From: Gemmatimonadales bacterium
GTDB lineage: Bacteria > Gemmatimonadota > Gemmatimonadetes > Gemmatimonadales > GWC2-71-9
DNA length: 64,000 nucleotides
NCBI GenBank assembly: GCA_048499805.1
Contig: JASNZF010000002.1
Span: 311,882-375,881, forward strand
Direction: 5' to 3'
Shown one piece after another: positions 18,547 to 27,682 of the stretch. The notes under the pieces are model-generated. The model searched no databases and was not told where the DNA came from. It saw nothing but the letters and a program-made list of their open reading frames with translations. Within the stretch, counting starts at the first letter, position 1; each line of letters opens with the position of its first letter. A program made the translations under genes and the position numbers.

Positions 18547-18588
18547 CTCATAATGCCGGGGTCGCGGGTTCGAGTCCCGCCCCTGCTA
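18547..18588 (+). pseudogene. 3' half of host tRNA-Met(CAU), from anticodon loop to discriminator (attR side)
   Basis: Carries loop ctcataa, stem 3' strand tgccg, variable gggtc, T-arm and acceptor 3' strand. The tgccg strand pairs 5/5 with cggca at 8196-8200. The last 32 nt are identical to 8364-8395. Confidence 0.8.
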
Positions 18589-18589
18589 T

Positions 18590-18683
18590 GGGAGCGAGAA
18601 GTGGGAAGCGAGAAGGGAGCAGTGCACTCCCGGAGTCGCAAACCCGACTTCTCACTTCTTGCTTCTTGCTTCTTGCTTCTCCC
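18590..18683. repeat. Purine-rich / pyrimidine-rich heptamer inverted repeat immediately after the tRNA 3' end
   Basis: Left arm is gggagcgagaagt gggaagcgagaag (18590-18615). Right arm is five tandem heptamers cttctca cttcttg cttcttg cttcttg cttctcc (18648-18682). The arms can pair, with G-U pairs, as a long hairpin. Confidence 0.6.
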
Positions 18684-19093
18684 GCCTTGCTTTCGCCATG
18701 CCCCTCTGGCTCTCCACCGGACTCCTGCGGGCCTTCGCCGGGTTCGAGAAGGGGACCCCAGCTACTACCTCGGCAAGCACCCCTCTCACGCCAAGCTGGC
18801 GATCTGCATCCTGGTCGTTGCCCCGGAGATCATGCCGATGGCCACCCTGGTGCGGGGGCGCCTGAGTCTGCATCGCGGCCAGCCGCTGGTGGCCGACCGC
18901 GCCCGGGCCCTGCCCGTTGTGGGCGTCGTCCAGGTGATCCTCGTGGTCGTGTTGCTCCTTTTCGCCGCCGCCATGGCGCGCGGCACCGGGAGCTGACCCG
19001 GCACTTTCATCCCGGTATCATCGATTCGTCATTCGGCCGTTCCTACCTTTGGGGTGGAGGCGGGGTGCCAGCCCCCGCCCCGAAGGAGTCGAC

Positions 19094-19945
19094 ATGGTGA
19101 AGACCGCCCTGCTGATCGTGCTTGGAGTGGTCCTGCTGCTGGGAGTGGCCGTCGTCGTTGGCGCCTGGCGATGGAGGGCCGAGACGCGCAGCCTGAGGGC
19201 CCGGCTCGCCGAGGCGCCCGCCCCGTCGGTCGAGCCCACAGTGGAACGGGCCTCCCTCGAGGACCTTCCCGATCCCGTGCAGCGCCACCTCCGTCTCGTG
19301 CTCGGCGATGGCCAGCCGCGCATCGCCGGGGTGCAGCTCCAGCATCGGGGCACCTTCAACCTCAGCGAAACCGCCGAACAGTGGCGGCCGTTCACCTCCG
19401 ACCAGCGCGTGGTCACGAATCCGCCAGGATTCGACTGGAATGGCCGGATCATGGTGGCTCCGGGGGTCCCCGTCCGCGTCCACGATGCCTACCTCGCCGG
19501 AGAGGGAATCCTGCATGCCTCGCTCCTCGGCCTCGTCACCCTGGCCGACCAGCGCGGGACGCCGGAACTCGCGCAGGGCGAGCTTATGCGGTTCCTGGCC
19601 GAATCGGTCTGGTACCCGACCATCCTGCTGCCTGGTCAGGGTGTGACCTGGGCCCCGGTGGACGCCCAGGCGGCCGACGCCACGCTCCAGGCCGATGGGG
19701 TGTCGGTCACGCTCCGCTTCCATTTCGGGAGCGATGGCCTCGTGGAACGGGTCTCGACACCAGCGCGCGGTCGGGCAGTGGCCGGTGTGATCGTCCCGAC
19801 CCCATGGGAGGGGCATTTCTGGGCGTACGCCGAGCGGGACGGCGTGCTGGTGCCGCTGCAGGGAGAGGTGGCCTGGCTGCTCCCCAACGGTCCCAAGGCC
19901 TACTGGAGGGGAACGATCACCGGGATCCGGTTCACCAGGCCGTAG
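19094..19945 (+). CDS. Membrane-anchored DUF6544-like protein
   Basis: ATG 19094 follows gaaggag. N-terminal TM helix. LPDPVQRHLRLVLG ... PGFDWNGRI pattern recalled for DUF6544. Confidence 0.6.
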   Translation: MVKTALLIVLGVVLLLGVAVVVGAWRWRAETRSLRARLAEAPAPSVEPTVERASLEDLPDPVQRHLRLVLGDGQPRIAGVQLQHRGTFNLSETAEQWRPFTSDQRVVTNPPGFDWNGRIMVAPGVPVRVHDAYLAGEGILHASLLGLVTLADQRGTPELAQGELMRFLAESVWYPTILLPGQGVTWAPVDAQAADATLQADGVSVTLRFHFGSDGLVERVSTPARGRAVAGVIVPTPWEGHFWAYAERDGVLVPLQGEVAWLLPNGPKAYWRGTITGIRFTRP

Positions 19946-19952
19946 TGCCGGT

Positions 19953-20963
19953 CTACGGCTTGGCGAACTGCGATGCGAACCGCCAGGCCTCCTCGGCAGC
20001 ATTGATGAGCGTGGTCGGAGGGCCGATGATCGATTGCCGGATGACCCGCTCGGTCTGGCCCGGCCAGCCGTGCCCGGACCCGGTGAGTTGCCAGTGCACG
20101 ACCGGTGCGCCGGATGCACACGGCTCCCAGCGCAACTCGGTCGCCGTCTGGCCGGCATTCGAACCGGTGGCGCCACCCCGCAGGACCCGGCCCGTCGTGG
20201 GCGCCTGCGGACAGCCATTCACCCCACGCCACGCGGCGAGCGCTGCCTCGACGGGCTGGTGGACCACCGTGCGGTCGGTGCCCGGGAACGGTGGGCCCTC
20301 GCCTCCGGCATAGAGGGCCCTCGGGTCGTCCACGCTGTGAATGTGGAGGATCGGTACCGGCGAGGCGGGTGCGAAGCGTTCCAGGTGCATGGCGCCCCCT
20401 ACCGGCATCGCGGCGGCGATCCGGTCGCCGAGTTCGGCGGCGACCCGGTAGGCCATCATCGCCCCGTTGGAGTGGCCCGTGGCATAGATCCGCCGGGGGT
20501 CGGCGCCGGCGCGGCGCACCAGGTCATCGAGGACCGCGCCGACGAAGCCGACATCATCGATGTCTCGCTCCATCGCGCGGCCGCAGCAGCCACCGGCGTT
20601 CCAGGTGTGCAGCGTCAGGACACCAATGCCATCGGGATAGACCGCCAGGAATCCCTCCCGCTGGGCCACGGCATCGAGGCCGGCGGTCTCCTGGAACTGC
20701 CGGGCATTGCCGCCCCCGCCATGGAACGCCAGCATCACGGGCCGGTGGGGCAGTCCCCGGCCCTGCGGCACGAAGATGCGGTACTGCCGGTTCTGCCCGG
20801 CATGCCGGAGCGACAGCACATGGGTCCCGGCCGAGAGCGTGCCCACCTGCGCGTCCGCCGCACTGTGCCGCCCGGCGCAGGCGGGAAGGAGCAGCAGCAC
20901 GGCAACCAGGACTCCCGGGAGCCGCGATGCCGGCGCTTGATCTTGGCAAGCCCACCTGGTCAT
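19953..20963 (-). CDS. PHB-depolymerase-family esterase (LpqC/COG3509-like), secreted
   Basis: Signal peptide (LLLLPACAG). FHGGGGNARQF, WNAGGCCG and nucleophile elbow GHSNGAMM. Confidence 0.8.
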   Translation of the reverse strand: MTRWACQDQAPASRLPGVLVAVLLLLPACAGRHSAADAQVGTLSAGTHVLSLRHAGQNRQYRIFVPQGRGLPHRPVMLAFHGGGGNARQFQETAGLDAVAQREGFLAVYPDGIGVLTLHTWNAGGCCGRAMERDIDDVGFVGAVLDDLVRRAGADPRRIYATGHSNGAMMAYRVAAELGDRIAAAMPVGGAMHLERFAPASPVPILHIHSVDDPRALYAGGEGPPFPGTDRTVVHQPVEAALAAWRGVNGCPQAPTTGRVLRGGATGSNAGQTATELRWEPCASGAPVVHWQLTGSGHGWPGQTERVIRQSIIGPPTTLINAAEEAWRFASQFAKP

Positions 20964-21040
20964 GTTCCGCCTCCGAGAGGAGTCCTCATGGCGCCGCTTC
21001 GTGGCGCCATCTTGTCGCAATCTATGCCCGGGGAGGTGTC

Positions 21041-21847
21041 ATGCCGAGTCCGGATCCGCACCGCCGAAGGTGGGGCGCCGCCGTCGCCGCGATCCTCGTG
21101 ACCGCGTCCGCTTGCGCCCCGGCCCCGGCCTCCACGGCGGCATTGTCCAGCTGTCACGCCCCGCTGACGATGCCGGCGCGGATCCTGGTCTTTTCCCGCA
21201 CCAGCGGGTATCGGCATGGCGCGATCGAGGCCGGTGTCGCGGCGGTTCGGCAGCTGGGAACGGCGCTGGGGTTCGGGGTGGACCACACCGAGGATCCGGT
21301 GGCCTTTGAGCCGGACCGCCTGGGGCCGTACCGCGCGGTGTTGTTCCTGAACACGACCCAGGACGTTCTCGCGCCGTCGCAGCAGGCGGCACTCGAAGCG
21401 TTCGTCCTGGGTGGTGGCGGATTCGTCGGGGTGCACGCGGCGGCGGACACCGAGTATGAATGGCCCTGGTATGGCCAACTCGTCGGCGCCTGGTTCAAGA
21501 GTCATCCCGCCATCCAGGAGGCGGTCCTTGCGCGTCGGGACTCCACCCATCCTTCCACCCGGTGCCTCCCGGCCTCCTGGCGGCGGACCGACGAGTGGTA
21601 CGACTTCCGGAGCCTCCCACCCGCGGCAGCCACGATCCTGCTCTCGATCGACGAGCGATCCTACCAGGGCGGGGCGATGGGGGAGTTCCACCCGATGGCC
21701 TGGGCCCAACAGGTTGGCGGGGGCAGGGCGTGGTACACGGCACTGGGGCACACCGTGGCGAGCTACCGCGAGCCGGCGTTCCTCGATCACCTGGCGGGCG
21801 GGATTCTCTGGGTGATCGGGCAGGGTGTCGAGGGGATCCGCGAGTAG
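21041..21847 (+). CDS. ThuA-domain protein (lipoprotein-like signal)
   Basis: ATG 21041. ILVFSRTSGYRHGAIEAG, GGGFVGVHAA and HPMAW motifs of the ThuA family. The upstream 312 codons of track ORF 20105..21847 are antisense to the esterase gene. Confidence 0.8.
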   Translation: MPSPDPHRRRWGAAVAAILVTASACAPAPASTAALSSCHAPLTMPARILVFSRTSGYRHGAIEAGVAAVRQLGTALGFGVDHTEDPVAFEPDRLGPYRAVLFLNTTQDVLAPSQQAALEAFVLGGGGFVGVHAAADTEYEWPWYGQLVGAWFKSHPAIQEAVLARRDSTHPSTRCLPASWRRTDEWYDFRSLPPAAATILLSIDERSYQGGAMGEFHPMAWAQQVGGGRAWYTALGHTVASYREPAFLDHLAGGILWVIGQGVEGIRE

Positions 21848-21934
21848 ACTCGCGGCTCGGCGATCTGCCCCCTGAAGCGGGCGCCGCACGCCTGGCAGGG
21901 GAATCGCATCGCCAGTTCACTGGCAGGTGCCGAG

Positions 21935-21952
21935 CCCCGGCTTCAGCCGGGG
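21935..21952. terminator. GC hairpin between convergent thuA and the M23 peptidase gene
   Basis: ccccggc-ttca-gccgggg, a perfect 7-bp stem. No clear U-tract on either strand. Confidence 0.4.
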
Positions 21953-21964
21953 ATCGATCTGACC

Positions 21965-23344
21965 CTACTCGTCGCTGCGCACCCATCCGGAGAGGCCGCT
22001 TTCGGTCCGCACCAACAGGTAGGAGCCGAACCGGCCATGGATCGCCAGGCTGTCCGACGTCGCATTGGCGGCCAGGATTGCCTCGGGATGGCCCTGGGTG
22101 CTGAGGTTGGCCAGCACCTGGGTGCGCGGTGCCCCCTCCACCCGGCCGAGCGACTCCTCGATCGGCTCGGCGGATGCGGCCGGGAGATACCCCATGGCGC
22201 CATCGGGGAGGCGGACCCGATACCACGAGCCGACCGCTGCCACGACGCGGGCGGCGGTGTGTCGGGGCAGGGCACTCCCCTCCGTGCCCCGGGCGTCGGG
22301 CTCGCTGCGAAGGAGGATCCCCTCCGCCGCGGTCCGGACCCAGTCCCCGAATCGCGTGGTGTCAGCCGCCAGCCGGGGAGGGTTGACCCGGGGGCGGTGC
22401 ACGAACCACCAGGGGTCGACCGCGCCCTCGCCGCTGCGATAGACGCCGAAGTGCAGGTGGGGTGGGGTGGTGATCGCGTTGCCGGTGTTCCCGACGGTGC
22501 CCAGCGTGTCACCCTGCTCGACCCGCTGGCCCCGGCTCACGGCCTGGGAATCGAGGTGGGCGTAATAGAGCCGGTTGCCGGCATCGTCGGTGAGCCAGAC
22601 GACCTTGCCCCCTCGGCCGGTTTCCTCGACCCGGCGGATCACGCCGGACCGGGCGGCCACGACCGGGGTTCCCCGCGGGGCGAAGATATCGATCCCCTGG
22701 TGGGAGCGGGCCCCTCCGTCGCGGTCCGCGCCCCACCGGCTGCCGACATCGCTCTCGCGTCCCCGGATGACCGGGAAGGCCAGGGTGGGGGCGACCTCGA
22801 GACGCACCGAGAAGCGTCCCCCGCGCAGCAGTTCCGGCTGGATCCGGATGATGTAGTCGCCGTCGCGCCGCGGGTCGACCTCGAGATGGCGGGCTCCGCT
22901 GTCGGCGGAAACGACGTGGCGCGGCGGCAGGGTGTCGGCGACCGCCTGCCAGGCATCGAGGAAGACCTGGGTCGTCGAATCGCCGGGCAGGGTGACCTCG
23001 ACCCGGATCACCTGCCCCCGCCGCGCCGGGACCCGATAGGCGATCGCCACCGGCTCGGCCGGAGTCAGGTACCCCTCTTCCGCGTGGGAGGCGGCCACCG
23101 TGGGGGCTTCGGCCAGGGCCCGCTCCGCGGCACGGAGCCAGTCCCCGGCGAGCGCGGTGCCGTCCAGGCCGGATGCGGCCAGGCCGTCAACGTAGCGTTC
23201 GCGCGGCGTGCGGCGATCCAGGAGGCGATCCGGAAGCTCCTCCAGCGTCCGGCAGCCTGCCGCCGCGCCCAGGGCCAGGAAGCCCAGCAGGACAAGGGCG
23301 CGCGCGGTGTGAGGGTGCGAAGGGGGCATGTCCTTCATACGCAC
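21965..23344 (-). CDS. M23/LytM-family metallopeptidase with SH3-like C-terminal repeats
   Basis: Lipoprotein-type signal (LGAAAGC). HQGIDIFAP, YAHL and PPHLHFGVY zinc-ligand motifs. Confidence 0.85.
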   Translation of the reverse strand: MRMKDMPPSHPHTARALVLLGFLALGAAAGCRTLEELPDRLLDRRTPRERYVDGLAASGLDGTALAGDWLRAAERALAEAPTVAASHAEEGYLTPAEPVAIAYRVPARRGQVIRVEVTLPGDSTTQVFLDAWQAVADTLPPRHVVSADSGARHLEVDPRRDGDYIIRIQPELLRGGRFSVRLEVAPTLAFPVIRGRESDVGSRWGADRDGGARSHQGIDIFAPRGTPVVAARSGVIRRVEETGRGGKVVWLTDDAGNRLYYAHLDSQAVSRGQRVEQGDTLGTVGNTGNAITTPPHLHFGVYRSGEGAVDPWWFVHRPRVNPPRLAADTTRFGDWVRTAAEGILLRSEPDARGTEGSALPRHTAARVVAAVGSWYRVRLPDGAMGYLPAASAEPIEESLGRVEGAPRTQVLANLSTQGHPEAILAANATSDSLAIHGRFGSYLLVRTESGLSGWVRSDE

Positions 23345-23347
23345 ACT

Positions 23348-23372
23348 GGCCCGCGGACGTTTCCCGCGGGCC
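23348..23372 (-). terminator. 9-bp perfect hairpin downstream of the DUF5916 gene / upstream of the M23 gene
   Basis: ggcccgcgg-acgtttc-ccgcgggcc. Confidence 0.4.
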
Positions 23373-23407
23373 GGTGGGTTGTCACAACCCCTTGTCCCCC
23401 AATGGCT

Positions 23408-26131
23408 TCAGCGATTCAACCAATAGGTCATCTTGACCAGGAAGACGTTGTCGGCCGGGGCGCCGAACATCGCATCGCTGTCGCGACCGAGCCGGAAATC
23501 ACTGGTGAACGGGGAGTAGTCGCTGCCCGCCCGGGTCCAGACCAGGAAGAGTGTCGAGCCCGGCCGGTACTCCCAGCGCAGCACCATGTTGCCGCGCAGG
23601 CTGCGGAGGTTGAAGTCGGGATTGGCGATGGTGAAGGCCGGTTCCGCACCGCTGCCGTCCGGATCCAGCGCGTATCCGGTGACGCGCCCGGCCTGGTCGG
23701 TGACCGGCGCGATGGTGCCGAAGTCCTCGCCATAGACCTTCTTCTCCGCGGTGCGCGGCGCCACGAACTCCTTGAAGCGGTCATGGTGCACGCTGGAGAT
23801 GAACGGCTGGGCGTACAGCTCCAGGGTCAGCCCCGGGCTCATCGTCACGTTGAGGCGGGTATCGAACCCGGCGGTCCGCTGCTCGAGGTCGGCGAAGAGG
23901 TAGCGCCGCCCATGGAACGCGGTGAGCGTCGGGGCCGCCAGGGCCGTGACGTATTGCTGCGCCGAGCGGCTCACGTTGTAGGACGGTGCGATGGAGAATG
24001 AGACATTCGACGCCGGACGGAGCTGGGCGGTGAGGGCGGTGCCCCAGCTGGAGTACCCCTCGTCGTTGTAACCGCGGTTGCCGTTGAGGTAGAAGCTGAC
24101 CTTGCGGCGGCCATCGGTGTTGATGTTGCCGTTGATGAACCAGTTTCCGGGGCGGCGCACGACCGGGCCCCCGCGGGTCAGGCGGTCGTCCGCCACCTCG
24201 GTGCGCCGCATGACGAAGCCGTTGAAGTTCCAGTAGTTGAGGAACTGCAGGTAGGCGAACGCCTGGAACTGCCGGTCGGTGCGGTCGCCGTCGAAGTTGA
24301 ACTGCTGCTGCCCGCCGGCGATCAGCTGGATCTGGCGATACCAGCGACCCGGGGTGTTGAAGGTCCGCACCAGGTTGGTGTTCATCCAGACATAGTCCGC
24401 CCGGGTCAGGAAGGCCATGTCGTTGGCCTCGAAGCCCTGGCTCCGCACGTTCACCGCGCTCTCGAAGCGCCAGTCCCCCGACTCCTTCGCCACGCGGGCG
24501 TACCCGCCCCAGCCTCGCAGGTGGGTGGCCTCCGGGTCGTAGGCACTGGAGAAGGTCCCGTTGGAGCCCGGGCCCCGGTCGGGGCGCTGGAAGTAGCGGG
24601 CGCTGGCCCGCTGGATCCGGTCGATCGCGCTGGCGTCGCCGCTGACGTTGGTCACGGCGAAGTTGCCCATGAACGAGTAGGTCCGGTTCCGCAGCCGGGC
24701 ATTCCAGTCCACGCCGAATGCCTCGGCGTGGCCGGGCAGTCGCGTCGCCAAGGTCGGCTCGTCGGTGTCGCGGTAGACCGACGTGGCGATCGCGCCGACC
24801 GTGAGGTTGCCCCGGGCGAGGTCCTTGCGCACCCGGCCGACAAAGTAGTTGGTGAGCGGCTCCACCTCGTGGTTGCCGGGCAGGCCGCCCACCTGGGTGC
24901 GCGCGTGCTCCCGGCTGGTCACCGCGTCCAGCAGACCGATGGTCCACCCGCCGCCGGTGCGCCCGCTGACCTTGGCGGCTCCCAGGATCGTCGACGCGTC
25001 CGGCACCTGGGCGTAGTCGGTGCCGGAGGGGATGCTCCCCTGCGGCGCGCGGCCGATGCGCCGGGAATAGAACAGCGACATCGACGAGACGTTGCTGCAG
25101 AAGTAGCAGTTGAACCCGCCGAACCCGAACACCCCGCTGCCCTCGATGAAGAACGGGCGCCGCTCCTCGAAGAAGGTCTCGAACGCGCTCAGGTTGACCT
25201 GGGCCGGATCCACCTCGACCTGGCCGAAGTCGGGATTGATGGTGGCGTCCAGGGTCAGGTTCGAGGAGAGGAGGTACTTGAGGTCGCCCCCGAACCGGGC
25301 GTCGGCGCTGCGCTGGTTGAAGAACGGGTCGTCGGGGTCGCCCGGCTGGAGGGCCCGGGCGCGACCGACCACGTAGGGGAGCACCTCCAGCCGGCGCGCG
25401 CCGCGACGGACGGCCACGCCCTCGAGGTGGCCGAACCGCTGGGCGCCGCCCGGCTCATTGCGGCCCCAGTGGGACCACATCGAGATCTCGTTCATGCGGC
25501 TGGCGATGCGCCAGACCTGCAGCCCCCAGGTCTGCACCGAGTCCTGGGGAAAGCGCAGCTGGGAGAACGGGATCCGGAGCTCGGCCGTCCAGCCCTCGTC
25601 GTCGATCGCGGTCCTGGCCTCCCAGACCGGGTCCCAGGAGGGATCGGTGTACTCCGACGCCTGGCCGGCGTCGTAGCGCACCCCGGAGGGGTTGACCGAG
25701 AAGCTGGTCCGGCCGATGTGGTTGTGGTAGGTGTCGAAGATGATGTCGAGCCGGTCGGAGGCGGTCTCCTGGTCGCGGCGCACCAGCCGCGACCGGACCC
25801 CGGCGGCGCCCTCGGTGTCGTACATCCGCGCGCCCACGTAGATCGCCTCATCGTCATAGAGGAAGCGCACCTCGGTGCGCTGGGTCGCCGGCTCGCCGTC
25901 GTTCGGCTGGGACTGGCGGAACCCGCCGAGCGGCTCGACGGTGGCCCAGATCGCGTCATCCAGTCGGCCGTCGAGCACCACGGGGCCGGTCCGGGCCAGC
26001 GCCCGGGCCGAGGGCGTCGGGATGGCATGGCCGTGGTTGGACTCGCGCAGGACGACCGAGGGCCCTCCGGTCTGTGCGGTGGCGGGGCCGGCCAGGGAAC
26101 TGATCGTCAGGGCGACGGCCAGGGCACGCAT
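23408..26131 (-). CDS. CBM9-like / DUF5916 outer-membrane beta-barrel protein
   Basis: Signal peptide MRALAVALTISSLAGPATAQ. N-terminal LDGRLDDAIWATVEPLGGFRQSQPNDGEP (CBM9-like). Long beta-rich body ending in an aromatic-rich OMP-like terminus. Confidence 0.75.
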   Translation of the reverse strand: MRALAVALTISSLAGPATAQTGGPSVVLRESNHGHAIPTPSARALARTGPVVLDGRLDDAIWATVEPLGGFRQSQPNDGEPATQRTEVRFLYDDEAIYVGARMYDTEGAAGVRSRLVRRDQETASDRLDIIFDTYHNHIGRTSFSVNPSGVRYDAGQASEYTDPSWDPVWEARTAIDDEGWTAELRIPFSQLRFPQDSVQTWGLQVWRIASRMNEISMWSHWGRNEPGGAQRFGHLEGVAVRRGARRLEVLPYVVGRARALQPGDPDDPFFNQRSADARFGGDLKYLLSSNLTLDATINPDFGQVEVDPAQVNLSAFETFFEERRPFFIEGSGVFGFGGFNCYFCSNVSSMSLFYSRRIGRAPQGSIPSGTDYAQVPDASTILGAAKVSGRTGGGWTIGLLDAVTSREHARTQVGGLPGNHEVEPLTNYFVGRVRKDLARGNLTVGAIATSVYRDTDEPTLATRLPGHAEAFGVDWNARLRNRTYSFMGNFAVTNVSGDASAIDRIQRASARYFQRPDRGPGSNGTFSSAYDPEATHLRGWGGYARVAKESGDWRFESAVNVRSQGFEANDMAFLTRADYVWMNTNLVRTFNTPGRWYRQIQLIAGGQQQFNFDGDRTDRQFQAFAYLQFLNYWNFNGFVMRRTEVADDRLTRGGPVVRRPGNWFINGNINTDGRRKVSFYLNGNRGYNDEGYSSWGTALTAQLRPASNVSFSIAPSYNVSRSAQQYVTALAAPTLTAFHGRRYLFADLEQRTAGFDTRLNVTMSPGLTLELYAQPFISSVHHDRFKEFVAPRTAEKKVYGEDFGTIAPVTDQAGRVTGYALDPDGSGAEPAFTIANPDFNLRSLRGNMVLRWEYRPGSTLFLVWTRAGSDYSPFTSDFRLGRDSDAMFGAPADNVFLVKMTYWLNR

Positions 26132-26371
26132 ATGATTGCACGATGGCATCGGTCATCTCCGCTGGGGTGGAGCGTCTCGGGCAACTGCGACCGGTTAGAC
26201 ACCGGTCACGCCGATTCCGTTGCGACGAACCCGGTCCGTCACGTCTCTCCCCTACGAACCCTCGCCGAGCGAGGTTTATGATGATCTTGCGCGCCCCGCC
26301 GCCGGGTGGACCGGCCGCGCCCGACGCGCCATCTTGGTGCAGGCCGTCCACCCTGCCCGCCTGGAGGCACC

Positions 26372-26845
26372 ATGATTCGATTGCTGTTGATCGCGAGCTG
26401 TTTCCTCCCCACCGCGCAGGCCGCCGCGCAGGCCGCCCCGCGGGCCGCCGACCCGGTTGCGGAAGTCCGCGCCAGCGTGGCGGCCCTGTTCGATGCCATG
26501 CGCGCGGGCGACAGCGCCGCCGTGCGGCGCCTCTTTCATCCTGCTGCCCGGATCGGCAGTGCGGTGGAGCGCGATGGTGTCGTCTCGGCGCGCCCCGACA
26601 CTCCGGAGGGGTTCATCCGTGCGGTGGGCGGACCGAGGGAGGCGGTCTGGGATGAGCGGATTGTGGACCTGCGGATCGAGGTCGATGGCCCGTTGGCCAC
26701 CGCCTGGATGGAGTACGCCTTCTACCTGGGGGAGCGCCGGAACCACTGCGGCGTGAACGCCATGCAACTGGTGCGCATGGCCGAGGGGTGGCAGATTCTC
26801 TCGTTGATCGACACCCGCCGCCAGGAGCGCTGCCGGGCCGAGTGA
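26372..26845 (+). CDS. NTF2/SnoaL-like (DUF4440-type) secreted protein
   Basis: ATG 26372 follows ggagg. Signal peptide, then a VRASVAALFDAMRAGDSAAVRRLFHP pattern. Confidence 0.6.
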   Translation: MIRLLLIASCFLPTAQAAAQAAPRAADPVAEVRASVAALFDAMRAGDSAAVRRLFHPAARIGSAVERDGVVSARPDTPEGFIRAVGGPREAVWDERIVDLRIEVDGPLATAWMEYAFYLGERRNHCGVNAMQLVRMAEGWQILSLIDTRRQERCRAE

Positions 26846-26855
26846 GCCGCCGGCG

Positions 26856-27089
26856 TCAGTCGCCGGGTGCCGGGGCTCGCAGGCCGACTCCCGCCGTGAC
26901 GGCGAGGATCAGGTACATCACCAGGCCGTAGACGCAGGCGGGGGCGCCGAGGATCGTGCCGGGCGCACCGCCGAGGGTGCATCCTTGGGTGCCGGGTCGG
27001 GTGAGCTCCATCCAGGTCAGCACGCCCGAGAACGAGACACCCATGAGACTGACGAGCAGGATCACCTGGAGGGCCTTCCGTGCCGACAT
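26856..27089 (-). CDS. Small two-TM membrane protein (hypothetical)
   Basis: Two hydrophobic helices flank a Cys-containing loop (GCTLGGAPGTILGAPAC). Start taken at MSARK. Confidence 0.4.
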   Translation of the reverse strand: MSARKALQVILLVSLMGVSFSGVLTWMELTRPGTQGCTLGGAPGTILGAPACVYGLVMYLILAVTAGVGLRAPAPGD

Positions 27090-27139
27090 TGCTTCCTCCC
27101 GTGGCAAGACGTCCACGCTGCAACGCTAGCACTCGTTCC

Positions 27140-27682
27140 GTGAAGCCGGCGGGAATCCGGCATGAACCCCGCTTCGGCGGGCTCGTGGCGCTGGCGCTGG
27201 CCGTGCTGGCAGGTCCCCTGGCGGCGCAGGGCCGCACCGATCCCGAGCGCAAGCTGGCCGAGCTCGGCATTGACCTGCCCACCGCGGCGGCGCCGCTGGC
27301 GAACTACGTGCCCTGGACCCGGAGTGGGACCCTGGTCTTCCTGGCGGGCCACGTGTCGGCCGCCTCGGGCACGGTGGGGGGCGGGCTCACGGTGGAGGAG
27401 GGGAATGCGGCGGCCCGCGATGCGTGTGTCCGCCTCCTGGGCACCCTGAGACTCGCGGCCGGCGGGGACCTGGGGCGGGTCCAGCGCATCCTCAAGGTGA
27501 CCGGCTTCGTGAACAGCACGGCGGAGTTCACGGCGCAGTCCCAGGTCCTCAACGGGTGTTCCGACCTGCTCGTGGCGGTCTTCGGCGATGCTGGACGCCA
27601 TGCCCGCGCCGCGGTCGGGGTCGCCTCGCTCCCGCTGGGCCGGGCCGTCGAAATCGAGCTGGTGGCGGAGGTGCTGCCGTGA
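27140..27682 (+). CDS. RidA/YjgF-family protein with predicted signal peptide (start uncertain)
   Basis: YjgF-fold pattern (GTLVFLAGHV ... KVTGFVN ... ARAAVGVASLPLGRAVEIELV). GTG 27140 gives MKPAGIRHEPRFGGLVALALAVLAGPLAAQG. Confidence 0.7.
   Translation: MKPAGIRHEPRFGGLVALALAVLAGPLAAQGRTDPERKLAELGIDLPTAAAPLANYVPWTRSGTLVFLAGHVSAASGTVGGGLTVEEGNAAARDACVRLLGTLRLAAGGDLGRVQRILKVTGFVNSTAEFTAQSQVLNGCSDLLVAVFGDAGRHARAAVGVASLPLGRAVEIELVAEVLP

Larger units (their letters stand above)
8201..18553. mobile_element. Integrative, RCR-replicative element of about 10.3 kb inserted in the anticodon loop of tRNA-Met
   Basis: Bounded by cores cggcActcataatgAcg (8196-8212) and cggcCctcataatgCcg (18542-18558). 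Contains tRNA, int, xis and rep. Visibly lower G+C and different codon style than the flanks. The host tRNA halves at the two ends are complementary to each other. Confidence 0.85.

Noticed and set aside
18648-18682. Tandem cttcttg heptamers (and the tccctag heptamers at 6495-6529) as a possible CRISPR or minisatellite
   Set aside because: The units are 7 nt with no spacers, and there are no cas genes, so this is not a CRISPR array. They are reported instead as arms of inverted repeats.
18832-18996. Possible 54-aa single-TM protein (MPMATLVRGRLSLHRGQPLVADRARALPVVGVVQVILVVVLLLFAAAMARGTGS) between attR and the DUF6544 gene
   Set aside because: It is short, has a weak and poorly spaced SD, and several overlapping alternative frames are equally open in this GC-rich stretch. 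Evidence is insufficient to call it.
20105-21847. 580-aa + strand ORF treated as one gene
   Set aside because: Only the last 268 codons (from ATG 21041) match ThuA. The upstream part is antisense to the well-supported esterase gene and is Arg/Pro-rich.
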